IMG/VR virus record: IMGVR_UViG_3300037307_000478
Span: 1-60,680 of that record
Strand: one strand, 5' to 3'
From: a virus
Taxonomy: Duplodnaviria > Caudoviricetes
DNA: 60,680 bases
The first letter of the stretch is position 1. Each line of letters starts with the position of its first letter. The notes under the pieces are model-generated. The model searched no databases. It was not told the DNA's origin and worked only from the letters and a program-made list of their open reading frames with translations. Position numbers and translations under genes: made by a program. Positions 28,151 to 37,279 of the stretch are shown here, one piece after another.

Positions 28151-28762
28151 TTATTCTTTATTTTTTAGATATTTATCTATCATGTCATTCAAACTTCTAC
28201 TATCCATTATTTTTGTCTTTTCTTTAGTCTCTTCTTCAGATTCTTCTACTGAATTGTTTTCGGTGGCTATTTCATTTAAACCTAAGTCTTTTCTAATTTC
28301 TTTATAGAATTTTTCTAATTCAGTTCTTTGAGTAGATGAAAATTTTGAGTTTTCTCTTATTTGTCCAATTGTTTGGTTAACAACTTCATGCATTCTGGCT
28401 GAATTATCACCATTATCAACTTGTCGTAATTGTGTCAAGAAGTTTTTTCTTGTCATTTTAGATAAAAAAATAGTCTCTGCATAAATGGACGCATCTTCTT
28501 TCATCTTATTTCTAATATAAGGATGTTCCGCAACCTTTTTAGCATCACCTAAATATAGATCAACTAAACTTTCTAAAAGGTCCATTGCTTGATCAGTAGC
28601 TTCTGTTAAATCAGTATCATAATCATATATTTCTATCTCTCCTAAATCGGGTAGATCATCTCGTTTAGCTAGATATTTTGTTATATCAATGTCCTTACTT
28701 TCTTCTTGAATTCTTTCAAATTCATTTTGTAACTCATTTAGTTTTTTCTCTTTCTGACTCAT
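28151..28762 (-). CDS. terS: terminase small subunit (gp16-like)
   Basis: Helical protein with SARMHEVVNQTIGQI, resembling the PR..EV motif of T4-like gp16; head-to-head with TerL. Confidence 0.6.
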   Translation of the reverse strand: MSQKEKKLNELQNEFERIQEESKDIDITKYLAKRDDLPDLGEIEIYDYDTDLTEATDQAMDLLESLVDLYLGDAKKVAEHPYIRNKMKEDASIYAETIFLSKMTRKNFLTQLRQVDNGDNSARMHEVVNQTIGQIRENSKFSSTQRTELEKFYKEIRKDLGLNEIATENNSVEESEEETKEKTKIMDSRSLNDMIDKYLKNKE

Positions 28763-28779
28763 GAGGTATTAAAATTTAC

Positions 28780-28789
28780 AATATATATA
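28780..28789. promoter_or_regulatory. bidirectional late promoter between terS and terL
   Basis: AATATATATA in a 45-bp gap. Confidence 0.55.
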
Positions 28790-28807
28790 AAAAAACATAG
28801 TTTCTTT

Positions 28808-30961
28808 ATGCCCATAGCAAAACAAAAGGAGACAGAAGAAAAGAAATTTATATTTGATTCGAAATCAGTTGAAGAAATAACAGCTAAGATAAATGATGGA
28901 TATGTAATTAAAAGATTTCAAAATCCATGGTTTAAAAATGAAGTTGGAGTTAGAAGGAGCGGTATAACATTTGCTTTAACGGATGATGAGATACAGGAAT
29001 ACATTAAGTGTAAATTAGATATACATTACTTTGCAGAAAAATATTGTAAAATTAAAACCGAAGATGGTAGCATTGGATCAATGACATTAAGAGACTATCA
29101 AAAAGATATATTAGATCTTTATCACAATAATCGTTTTAGTATATTAATGGGTTCAAGACAAATTGGTAAAACCGTTTCTGCGGCTATAACAATGCTTCAC
29201 TTCATTACATTCAATAATGACAAGAACATAATGATTGTTGCTAACGTAGCTAATACTGCAATTGAAATTATTGATAAAATAAAATCTATTTATGTTCTCT
29301 TACCTTTCTTTTTAAAAGTTGGTATTAAAAACTGGAACCAAAGATCTATTATATTTGAAAATGGTTGTAGAATTAAGAGTTCTGCGAGAACAAAAACTCC
29401 AGCAATTGGTTTTACTATTGACTTCTTATACATGGATGAATTTGCGCATATTCCTGCAAATATCATTGAGTCATATTATACAGCCGCTTTCCCAGTTGTC
29501 TCCGCGGTCAATAACTCCAGAATTGTTATTACTTCAACACCAAATGGGATGAACCTATTCTATAAATTATTAACAGATGCTGAACGCCCAGATGGAGATC
29601 CTCTGAAGAATAACTATAAGGCGATGCGTGTTTATTGGTATCAAGTTCCAGGTAGATTCGTAACTTATTATAGATTGAATAATCATAGATTATTTGAACA
29701 TAATATGACTAAAGATGAAATATTTGAACAAGTAACAGAATTCTTTAGTGATATTACAAAAGTAGAAATGAAATATCACACAGATGTTCAAAAGGATGTA
29801 ATTTATGTCTATAATAATGATGTTTGTAGCGAGGATATTTCTAAATCATTTAGGTTTATTGATAAAAACGGATTAGAAGTTCCTATACAGTCTGTTGCGG
29901 AAGTAACTACTTGGAAAGAAGAGGCGATGAAAGATATAGGCGGAGAAGATGCATTTAATCAAGAATATGGTCTTAGGTTTGTAAACTCTAGTAGATCTTT
30001 ATTATCAGAAAGTATTATTGAACATTTGATGGGTAATAAAAGGAATTTTGTTTTTGAACAAATTTATGAATTTGATAGAAAATTAAAATTTTCCTACAAT
30101 GATTTAAAGTGGATAGATGATGATTCAATATTTGCACCAATACAAAGAAAATCAGTCAGTGGTGTAATGGCAATTGATATTTCAGAAGGATTGGGATTAG
30201 ATTATTCGGTCATTAATATTTTTAAGATAGCGCCTAAACCCGATGAAATAATAGAAATGCAGAAGCATACATATACTAATATAAGTGATTTCTTTAATTT
30301 GGTACAAATAGCAATGTTTAGATCTAATTTAATTTCTGTAAAACAATTAGCTGAGTTATTTTATTTATTAGCATTTGAATATTTTGAAAGTGATAATTTT
30401 AAAGTAGCTTTAGAAATAAATACTTATGGTAATGAATTTTTAGCTCATTTGCCACACGTTTTTGATGGAAATAACAACTATGGTAGTAATATATTCTTTA
30501 GGTATAAACATAGAGCTGATGCCGAAGAAGAGAAAGTTGGATTAAAAATAGGAGATAATAAAAATTTATTTGTAAAAGAATATCAAGATGCTATGGATAA
30601 AAAGAAGTTTATAATTTCCAATGAAGATAATATTAGAGAAATAACTACCTTCGTTAAACATATAACTCCTTCAGGAAATGTTAGATATGCGTCTGATATT
30701 GGAAATGATGATACTGTCATGACATTAATTGATTTATCATCAATCTTTAATAGATATGATTACAGACAAATGTGTGAAGATTATGCCATTACTACATTGC
30801 CTAAAGATAAATTAAATTATTTTAATTCTATATTAAAAGAAGTAGATTATAAAGAAGGGGCAGATTATTCTACAGTTATTAATATAAACAGACAAAGAAG
30901 ACTGATGAATCAATATAAAATGATGAATCAGGGAAATGGATGGTTTGGAAAATATAATTAA
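28808..30961 (+). CDS. terL: terminase large subunit (gp17-like)
   Basis: LRDYQ, SRQIGKT (Walker A), LYMDEFAH (Walker B), TSTPNG, FNQEY, DISEGLGLDYS, NDDTVM. Confidence 0.96.
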   Translation: MPIAKQKETEEKKFIFDSKSVEEITAKINDGYVIKRFQNPWFKNEVGVRRSGITFALTDDEIQEYIKCKLDIHYFAEKYCKIKTEDGSIGSMTLRDYQKDILDLYHNNRFSILMGSRQIGKTVSAAITMLHFITFNNDKNIMIVANVANTAIEIIDKIKSIYVLLPFFLKVGIKNWNQRSIIFENGCRIKSSARTKTPAIGFTIDFLYMDEFAHIPANIIESYYTAAFPVVSAVNNSRIVITSTPNGMNLFYKLLTDAERPDGDPLKNNYKAMRVYWYQVPGRFVTYYRLNNHRLFEHNMTKDEIFEQVTEFFSDITKVEMKYHTDVQKDVIYVYNNDVCSEDISKSFRFIDKNGLEVPIQSVAEVTTWKEEAMKDIGGEDAFNQEYGLRFVNSSRSLLSESIIEHLMGNKRNFVFEQIYEFDRKLKFSYNDLKWIDDDSIFAPIQRKSVSGVMAIDISEGLGLDYSVINIFKIAPKPDEIIEMQKHTYTNISDFFNLVQIAMFRSNLISVKQLAELFYLLAFEYFESDNFKVALEINTYGNEFLAHLPHVFDGNNNYGSNIFFRYKHRADAEEEKVGLKIGDNKNLFVKEYQDAMDKKKFIISNEDNIREITTFVKHITPSGNVRYASDIGNDDTVMTLIDLSSIFNRYDYRQMCEDYAITTLPKDKLNYFNSILKEVDYKEGADYSTVININRQRRLMNQYKMMNQGNGWFGKYN

Positions 30962-31179
30962 TAATGCCAATTATTCAATAATTCTTGAATTGTGTCATCA
31001 AACTCACAAAGTATCTCTAAATCTATATTACCATGAGGAAATGGTTCTTCATTAATAATTTTATTTTTCAAATCTTCTAGATTTTTTAAAAATTTTTCTT
31101 TTATTACAGGTATATACTTTTGCCTATCAAGCATTTCTTTTTTAGAGTAAAAGTTACTAGGATTTGGATTGTCAATCAT
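30958..31179 (-). CDS. hypothetical protein
   Basis: Overlaps the clpS stop; 73 aa. Confidence 0.6.
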   Translation of the reverse strand: MIDNPNPSNFYSKKEMLDRQKYIPVIKEKFLKNLEDLKNKIINEEPFPHGNIDLEILCEFDDTIQELLNNWHY

Positions 31180-31457
31180 GATAGTTCCATTGTAACTGAT
31201 AAATTAGCAGATTTTAACTTTTCGTACATTTCAGCAATTGTTTCTTTATCTCCTCTTTTAACATCACACTTTCCAACAAAATGCACTATATGGGCACATT
31301 GTGAAGCTTGTTCGTACTCGTGTTTACATACTTTTATAAGGCATTCTATAACCCAATCAAAGGTATTATAATCATCGTTATGTAAAATGAGTACATAAGG
31401 TTGTCCTAATTTTTCTTTATATGATGATTCAACTTTTTCTTTTGTTATCGTTGCCAT
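31176..31457 (-). CDS. clpS: ClpS N-degron adaptor
   Basis: LILHNDDYNTFDWVIECL..A..VHFVGKCDVK.G. Confidence 0.9.
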   Translation of the reverse strand: MATITKEKVESSYKEKLGQPYVLILHNDDYNTFDWVIECLIKVCKHEYEQASQCAHIVHFVGKCDVKRGDKETIAEMYEKLKSANLSVTMELS

Positions 31458-31488
31458 AATATTATTTATTTTTAGATTTGTATATATT

Positions 31489-31710
31489 TTATTTTTTAAT
31501 CTTCATTTTTTTATATCCTAATACTTCTTCAATAAAGTAAGTTGCCTCTACTAATTCTAAGGCATCTTTGGACATAAATTCCGTGGCGCACGCAGAACAT
31601 TCTTCTGATTTAAGATCAACTTTTGTTCTATGATGTCCATATTTTCTTCCACATCCAGGACATGAAATTTCCTCTATAGGAATTAAGTATTCTTTATCTA
31701 TATTATACAT
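31489..31710 (-). CDS. small zinc-ribbon protein
   Basis: CPGC...CSAC. Confidence 0.65.
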   Translation of the reverse strand: MYNIDKEYLIPIEEISCPGCGRKYGHHRTKVDLKSEECSACATEFMSKDALELVEATYFIEEVLGYKKMKIKK

Positions 31711-32014
31711 TAGTTATAGTTTCAATTTTTTCGTCTCTATTATCAATTTTAATTTTTTCTAAATATAAAAATGCAAATCGACAAGACATATTAAATGTAT
31801 TGCCGCTATGTGAATCACTCAAATCTGGAACTTTTAGCAATTGATCTGATGCACTTAATTCATAAAATTCCTTTATTGATTCTTTGGATAAACAAGCTTT
31901 AGCTATTTTTACACCTTCTTGTAGGCAAAAAATATTATAATCGTACCCAAATCCCTCATTTAATACTTCTTTTCCTATTCTATCTTCAAAAAATTCTAAA
32001 TCATCTTTACTCAT
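31703..32014 (-). CDS. hypothetical protein, C-terminal NRDEKIETI
   Basis: Part of an overlapping operon. Confidence 0.7.
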   Translation of the reverse strand: MSKDDLEFFEDRIGKEVLNEGFGYDYNIFCLQEGVKIAKACLSKESIKEFYELSASDQLLKVPDLSDSHSGNTFNMSCRFAFLYLEKIKIDNRDEKIETITNV

Positions 32015-32490
32015 AGTAATTGTTTTTTATTTATTACATCAATTATTGTTACTTTAATTTTTTGGTATTTACCCCATTCAACAAATTTATCTAAATGTTC
32101 ATGTCTATCATCATACATGATAAATTCTTCTGCTTTAGGATTTTTCAATATTATTTGTTCAAATAAATATTTTTTAAAATTAAATGTTTCGCCTCCGGTA
32201 TTACAAAATAAATCACATTTAATATCATGTAAATCCAAAACTTTTTGAACATGATTTTCTAATCTTTTTAAACGACCAGTTGCAATAAATACATAATTAT
32301 CGGGATCAGATTGATAATCTAAAAAATGGTTATATACCCATTGATTAACTGGTGGGTAAAATATTTTTGTATTTAAAGATTCGGGGTTTCCCCACCAACC
32401 TCTTCCTTGCCAATCGAGTCCAGTAGTTTCTGGAGTTGGAGTGTGAATTAAAGTTCCATCAAAGTCAAAACATATTAGTTTTTCGAACAT
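32011..32490 (-). CDS. HAD phosphatase (RNA-repair-associated type)
   Basis: FDFDGTL, ATGR, FKK, YDDR; TATATTTG -7 box at 32530-32523. Confidence 0.8.
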   Translation of the reverse strand: MFEKLICFDFDGTLIHTPTPETTGLDWQGRGWWGNPESLNTKIFYPPVNQWVYNHFLDYQSDPDNYVFIATGRLKRLENHVQKVLDLHDIKCDLFCNTGGETFNFKKYLFEQIILKNPKAEEFIMYDDRHEHLDKFVEWGKYQKIKVTIIDVINKKQLL

Positions 32491-32562
32491 AAAAGGTATA
32501 ATTTATTTTTAGATATATAGAACAAATATACATAAAGTTTTTAAAAATTATAAATTTTTTTT

Positions 32563-33186
32563 ATGGCAAAAAAAAGGAAATCTACTGAGCAAATTATAGA
32601 ACATCCAATTGTTGAGAATCCAGTAGAAGAAACAGTAGAAAAAGTAGATGAATGGATATGGAACGATGCTTCTAATTCTTATATTCCTAGAACTGCAGAG
32701 CAAATAGTTACTGAAAAGGTTTATGTTCCAATTAAAGAAAGAATTATAAATTTTATAAAACCTCTTTCTATCTTTAAGGGAATAAATCCTATATTCTATT
32801 TAATTTTTGTTATATTGCTTGGATTAGTAATATATTTTACTATTTTTTCGTCTTCAGATATAAGAAAAGAAAATAGAGAATTAAGAGAGGAAGTTAAGAA
32901 TATTCAAGAAGAAAGAGATGCTCTTAAAGATTCCATTAATGTTCTTAAAGAAGAATATCAAAAATATGAAGATTCTTTATCTCAAAAATATGCAGAATTA
33001 GAATTTATAAATGAAAGATTGAAACAAATAGAAAATAGTGTAAATAAATCTAATAGTGCATTAAATGAAACAAGAAAAAGTGTTAGTGTAATTAGAAATC
33101 AAATTACAAATAAAGAAAAAAATCCATCAAATAGGACTGGTGATACTCTATTAAACTCATTAAGTAGAAGACTAAATAAAAATTAA
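32563..33186 (+). CDS. single-TM coiled-coil protein (i-spanin-like topology)
   Basis: TM IFYLIFVILLGLVIYFTIF followed by a long heptad coil. Confidence 0.6.
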   Translation: MAKKRKSTEQIIEHPIVENPVEETVEKVDEWIWNDASNSYIPRTAEQIVTEKVYVPIKERIINFIKPLSIFKGINPIFYLIFVILLGLVIYFTIFSSSDIRKENRELREEVKNIQEERDALKDSINVLKEEYQKYEDSLSQKYAELEFINERLKQIENSVNKSNSALNETRKSVSVIRNQITNKEKNPSNRTGDTLLNSLSRRLNKN

Positions 33187-33191
33187 AATAT

Positions 33192-33680
33192 ATGAAAAAA
33201 CTATTATTACTGTTAACTTTAACATTATCATCTTTTTTTGTATTTTCACAAAAAACAGATATTCCTGAATTTCCACAGTATTATATTGTAAATGGTGATA
33301 CATTAGGTATTATTATATCATTAGAACAGGCCCAAAAAATTGATAACGATTATGATATGTTGGACTTATTAAGAAATTATAAAGTGGCTGTTGATAAACT
33401 GGATTCTGCATATATATTCGTAATAGATAATATGAAGCAGCAAGTAGCTGTTCTAAATTTAAAAATATCACAATTAGAAGGTATAATAAAATTAAAAGAT
33501 TCGCAAATTGATAATTTAAAAGAGCAAATTGATAAATATCGCAGAGATAGTGAATTAGCGAATGCTCAACTAAAAGCTAAAGATGAAATAATTGATAATT
33601 ATAAAAAGGAAAAAAAATCAGCATTTTTGAAAACATTTGCTTTAGTTATAGGAGTTGGTGTATTATTCTTATTAAAATGA
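33192..33680 (+). CDS. exported coiled-coil protein with C-terminal TM
   Basis: Signal peptide MKKLLLLLTLTLSSFFVFS|Q; C-terminal TFALVIGVGVLFLL. Confidence 0.65.
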   Translation: MKKLLLLLTLTLSSFFVFSQKTDIPEFPQYYIVNGDTLGIIISLEQAQKIDNDYDMLDLLRNYKVAVDKLDSAYIFVIDNMKQQVAVLNLKISQLEGIIKLKDSQIDNLKEQIDKYRRDSELANAQLKAKDEIIDNYKKEKKSAFLKTFALVIGVGVLFLLK

Positions 33681-33744
33681 TAAAAAGTGATTTTTTTATT
33701 ATAATATATATGTAAAGAAATATTCAAAAAAAGAATTATTAAAA

Positions 33745-34377
33745 ATGAAACATATAAGAAAATTTGAATCTTATTCAATGAAAAGAAAGCTTACAGAAGC
33801 TATCAAAGAAAGTGTTATGATTGTTGATGATATCTATAAAGTAAATGTTACTGCAGAGATACCACAATCTTTATTAAACGCTTACATAAAGAAAACTAAA
33901 GATAGTTTGGATAAAAATGTTAGACAATTTTATTCTGATGTTCAATTAGCTGAAGAAATAACAAAATATGTTTTACAACAAGGATTAAATATTGACAAAT
34001 TAGAGCCTTCCGCTTTATTTGGTGGTGGTCCTCAATCACAAGCTCAAGGTGGTCAAGCACAAGTTCAAGTTCAAGCAGATGCTCAGGCACAGCCTCAAGG
34101 TCAAATGCAGGCACAGCCTCAAGGTCAAATGCAGGCACAGCCTCAAGGTCAAATGCAGGCACAACCTCAAGGTCAAATGCAAGCACAGCCTCAAGGTCAA
34201 ATGCAAGCACAACCTCAAGGTCAAATGCAAGCACAGCCTCAAGGTCAAATGCAGGCACAACCTCAAGCACAACCTCAAGCACAACCTCAAGCACAACCTC
34301 AAGGTCAAGGAGAGTTTGAAGAAGTAGAAGAAGAGGAAGAAAAAGAAGAAGGTGAAGAAGAAAATTTACCACTATAA
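33745..34377 (+). CDS. putative prohead core/internal protein with Gln-rich repeats and acidic tail
   Basis: MKHIRKFES leader, LTEAIKES, (QAQPQGQM)7, poly-Glu tail; has its own late promoter and terminator. Confidence 0.7.
   Translation: MKHIRKFESYSMKRKLTEAIKESVMIVDDIYKVNVTAEIPQSLLNAYIKKTKDSLDKNVRQFYSDVQLAEEITKYVLQQGLNIDKLEPSALFGGGPQSQAQGGQAQVQVQADAQAQPQGQMQAQPQGQMQAQPQGQMQAQPQGQMQAQPQGQMQAQPQGQMQAQPQGQMQAQPQAQPQAQPQAQPQGQGEFEEVEEEEEKEEGEEENLPL
34084..34299 (+). repeat. coding tandem repeat: 7 x 24 bp then 4 x 12 bp
   Basis: CARGCACARCCTCAAGGTCAAATG units. Confidence 0.95.
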
Positions 34378-34400
34378 CCCTTAAATAAATAATATAAATC

Positions 34401-34430
34401 AAAGCACTATATTTTTATAGTGCTTTTTTT
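34401..34430 (+). terminator. intrinsic terminator
   Basis: AAAGCACTATA/TATAGTGCTTT followed by a T-tract. Confidence 0.8.
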
Positions 34431-34442
34431 ATATATACATAT

Positions 34443-35057
34443 ATGAGACACATTAAACTTTTTGAGAATTTTAATAACGGAACATTAATAATAATTGATG
34501 TTCAAAAATCATTTAAAAAATTTTTTACTGATAACTATTTAAAAGAGTTGAATAAATATGCTAGTACTTTTAATAGGGTATATCAAATATGGGATAATCA
34601 TGTAGAGGGGAAGAACGTAGACAAAGATTATTTATATGATGATGATCCTGATAAACCCAACAATAATGATCTTTATACGTTTCCGAATCAAGTAGAATCT
34701 ATTGAAAAAAGATATAATTATGATGTTGATGCTGATTTTTATAAGAAAATATTAGATAAAAAAACCTATAATGATATTAAACAAAGAGAAAGTCAAAATT
34801 CTTTAAAAAGAGGAGATATGTTTTTAACAAATGAGGGTACAGCGATTATTTATATAGGGAATAATCATCGATATTTTCACGTTCCAATTAAATTATATGA
34901 GTTGTTTGTTAATTTAAAGGGGAAAGAAGTTACTATGGTGGGTGGATCTGATCAGGAATGTTTTCTAGACATCGAAACAACTGCGAGATCAATGGGAGTT
35001 AAAGTTAATAGAAATTTTAAATATATATATTCTGCTACGCATTGCCCTATCCGATAA
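34443..35057 (+). CDS. isochorismatase/cysteine-hydrolase family protein
   Basis: LIIIDVQ, IEK, VTMVGGSDQEC (D-K-C triad); leader MRHIKLFEN. Confidence 0.75.
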   Translation: MRHIKLFENFNNGTLIIIDVQKSFKKFFTDNYLKELNKYASTFNRVYQIWDNHVEGKNVDKDYLYDDDPDKPNNNDLYTFPNQVESIEKRYNYDVDADFYKKILDKKTYNDIKQRESQNSLKRGDMFLTNEGTAIIYIGNNHRYFHVPIKLYELFVNLKGKEVTMVGGSDQECFLDIETTARSMGVKVNRNFKYIYSATHCPIR

Positions 35058-35130
35058 ACCTATTACCCTTAGATAGATTTTGATAAGCCCATAATGGTTG
35101 CAAATTTGTATAATGATTGAGATTATAATA
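35047..35130 (-). pseudogene. C-terminal relic of an HNH endonuclease
   Basis: Minus frame YYNLNHYTNLQPLWAYQNLSKGNRFIG*; no ATG, in-frame stop shortly upstream. Confidence 0.7.
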
Positions 35131-35181
35131 TGAAAATAAATATATATACTGGAACAATTTGTTCAAAAATAATGATTAAAC

Positions 35182-35463
35182 ATGAAATATTTAAAATTTT
35201 ACGAATCTTATAAGTCAGATATTCATCCTATTGAATATGAAGTAAAAAAATGGGAAGACTATTTATCTAACGAATATGAAATAAAAGAATATAGTGGATA
35301 TAAAATTATTCTTATTGATGATAAAATTTTCTACCTTAATGGACCATTCGCTAGAAAAAATAACACTGTTCAAAAAATTTTTAATGATATATCATATAAG
35401 ATAGAGGATATTCATAAACCAAGCTTAAGAAAAGCAATAAAAAATTGGTTAAATCGAATGTAG
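35182..35463 (+). CDS. hypothetical protein with MKYLKFYES leader
   Basis: AATATATA at 35139-35146. Confidence 0.7.
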   Translation: MKYLKFYESYKSDIHPIEYEVKKWEDYLSNEYEIKEYSGYKIILIDDKIFYLNGPFARKNNTVQKIFNDISYKIEDIHKPSLRKAIKNWLNRM

Positions 35464-35814
35464 CCCCTGTCCGTCGTTAGAAGATTCTATACTGACGACC
35501 TTTATCATATTTTTATTATCACCTTTTTTCTTATACAATTCGTTAAACCCCTTAGCTAGTCCTCTTTTGAAAACTTCTGTGAAATAAGCAAATGTATTAT
35601 CACTTTTTTCTTCATTAAAGTTGTACCAGTTAGCGAACATATCTAATAGACCACTTTGATAACAATCCATTTTGTCGTCATTGCTCCAATATCTCATTTT
35701 TTTGATTGTTCTTTTGGCTAGAATTTCTAGCATTAATTTAGATTTGTTAGTTAATTTTCCTTGAGCTTTTGAAACTACGATTTCAACGTAGAGGTCCCTA
35801 TTGTGAAGATACAT
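35449..35814 (-). CDS. late-transcription sigma factor (T4 gp55-like), minimal
   Basis: YLHNRDL, RYWSNDDKMD, NFNEEKSDNTFAYFTEV (cf. gp55 NFD..K..NP.AYFTQ). Confidence 0.8.
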   Translation of the reverse strand: MYLHNRDLYVEIVVSKAQGKLTNKSKLMLEILAKRTIKKMRYWSNDDKMDCYQSGLLDMFANWYNFNEEKSDNTFAYFTEVFKRGLAKGFNELYKKKGDNKNMIKVVSIESSNDGQGLHSI

Positions 35815-35888
35815 TTACATAAGATTATTTTTTAAAGATTAATTATAAAATTATATATTATATAATAATTAAGTTTAATAAAAAGCAT

Positions 35889-35917
35889 AAAAAACCCTCA
35901 ATAAATGAGGGTCTTTT
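35889..35917 (-). terminator. intrinsic terminator
   Basis: AAAAAACCCTCA-ataaa-TGAGGGT. Confidence 0.75.
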
Positions 35918-35932
35918 AACAATTTTTACAAA

Positions 35933-37216
35933 TTAAGCTTTTACTCTTTCTTTATATTTTAATTCTTTAACACTTTGTAAATCTGACTCTAAAGATTCTT
36001 TTCTTTTTTCTAGATTTTCTAAAGCTACTGTTAAAACATTAGATTCCCCAATATATTCTATTGAAGTTTTTACTTTACTAATATTAAATTTAACATCTTC
36101 TAATTTTAATGTAATTTCTCTTTCTTTATCTTCTAATTTCTTTTTAACAACCAATTCTTCGTCTAATTTATTTTCAAAAAAATAAGTTAAGTCATAATTA
36201 AGTTCATTTCTAACCTCATTAACTAATTCTATAGCTGAGTCATATTTAAAGAACGAATTGCCATATCTTTCATCACATCTATATAAGAAAGTTGCATTTT
36301 TATAATTAAATGCAAAAACCTCTAAATAAGGATTAACTAAATTAGAAACTCTTTTAACAACATCAAGTTCTACAAATTTGTCCAAATTATTAGAAGTTTC
36401 TAAAATAATAGGATAGAAATTTTTATTAACTATAGGAATGATAGGAGAACTAAATAAACTTTCTAAAGTAGTTTCTTTGTTTAATTCATCATCATTAATA
36501 AACATAACACCCTTTTCAGCAACCGATAATCCAACGGTTAAATTTTCAGAAACTCTAAAATCAACTCTATCAGCAGAGATAGAAGAGAACCTCATAGCTG
36601 TTTCTAATGTTCTTAAAACTTTTAATTTATCAGAATCAGTAACATGAGTTTCTAATAGTGTTTTTTCTATATTATTTTCAGAAAGTAAGAACCAAGAATC
36701 TTTTACTAAACAAAGATATCCATCTTCAACCTGTTCTACAATTGTATAGATAGATTCACCTTTACCACCAGAAAGTAAATTAGCTTTTTGTTCAGGAGAT
36801 TTAGTTAAATTATGAACAAACATTTTAATTTCAGGAACCCAATCATAAATAGCTAATTCATTAAGGACTTTAGAAAGTCTGTCCTGATCGCTTTCTAAAT
36901 TTATTGTTTGTAATAAAACATTTATAGGTTGTCTGTAAAGCTCACCTTGATTTTTACTATTTAAAACATTATATAAATGTTTTAATTCATAAAGAAGTTG
37001 ATATTCTTTCATATCAACATTTAATGATTCTAGAAAAGACTTTATTTCCTTGTCAAAGGTAAAAGATCTTAATCTTTCATTTAAAGAAGTAATAATTTGC
37101 TTCTCTGAAACTTCATTGCATAAGTCTATATAAGATTCAATGATCATTGATACTTCTTCCTGGTCTATGCTTAAGTTCTTTCTGAAATTAAATAATTCTA
37201 ATTTAATATTCTTCAT
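35933..37216 (-). CDS. hypothetical, probably virion protein
   Basis: 427 aa; late promoter with A/T-tract element; C-terminal coiled coil. Confidence 0.7.
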   Translation of the reverse strand: MKNIKLELFNFRKNLSIDQEEVSMIIESYIDLCNEVSEKQIITSLNERLRSFTFDKEIKSFLESLNVDMKEYQLLYELKHLYNVLNSKNQGELYRQPINVLLQTINLESDQDRLSKVLNELAIYDWVPEIKMFVHNLTKSPEQKANLLSGGKGESIYTIVEQVEDGYLCLVKDSWFLLSENNIEKTLLETHVTDSDKLKVLRTLETAMRFSSISADRVDFRVSENLTVGLSVAEKGVMFINDDELNKETTLESLFSSPIIPIVNKNFYPIILETSNNLDKFVELDVVKRVSNLVNPYLEVFAFNYKNATFLYRCDERYGNSFFKYDSAIELVNEVRNELNYDLTYFFENKLDEELVVKKKLEDKEREITLKLEDVKFNISKVKTSIEYIGESNVLTVALENLEKRKESLESDLQSVKELKYKERVKA

Positions 37217-37279
37217 AGTAATGATGTTTTTTATTTTTTATCTTAATCTATATATAATAAAATAAAAATGACTTTTTTC

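Noticed and set aside
29650-29910. Intein in TerL
   Set aside because: No Cys/Ser start with His-Asn end and no endonuclease motifs.
33920-34402. Alternative-frame ORFs 33920..34402, 34019..34327 and 34036..34308
   Set aside because: Shadows of the Gln-rich tandem repeat.
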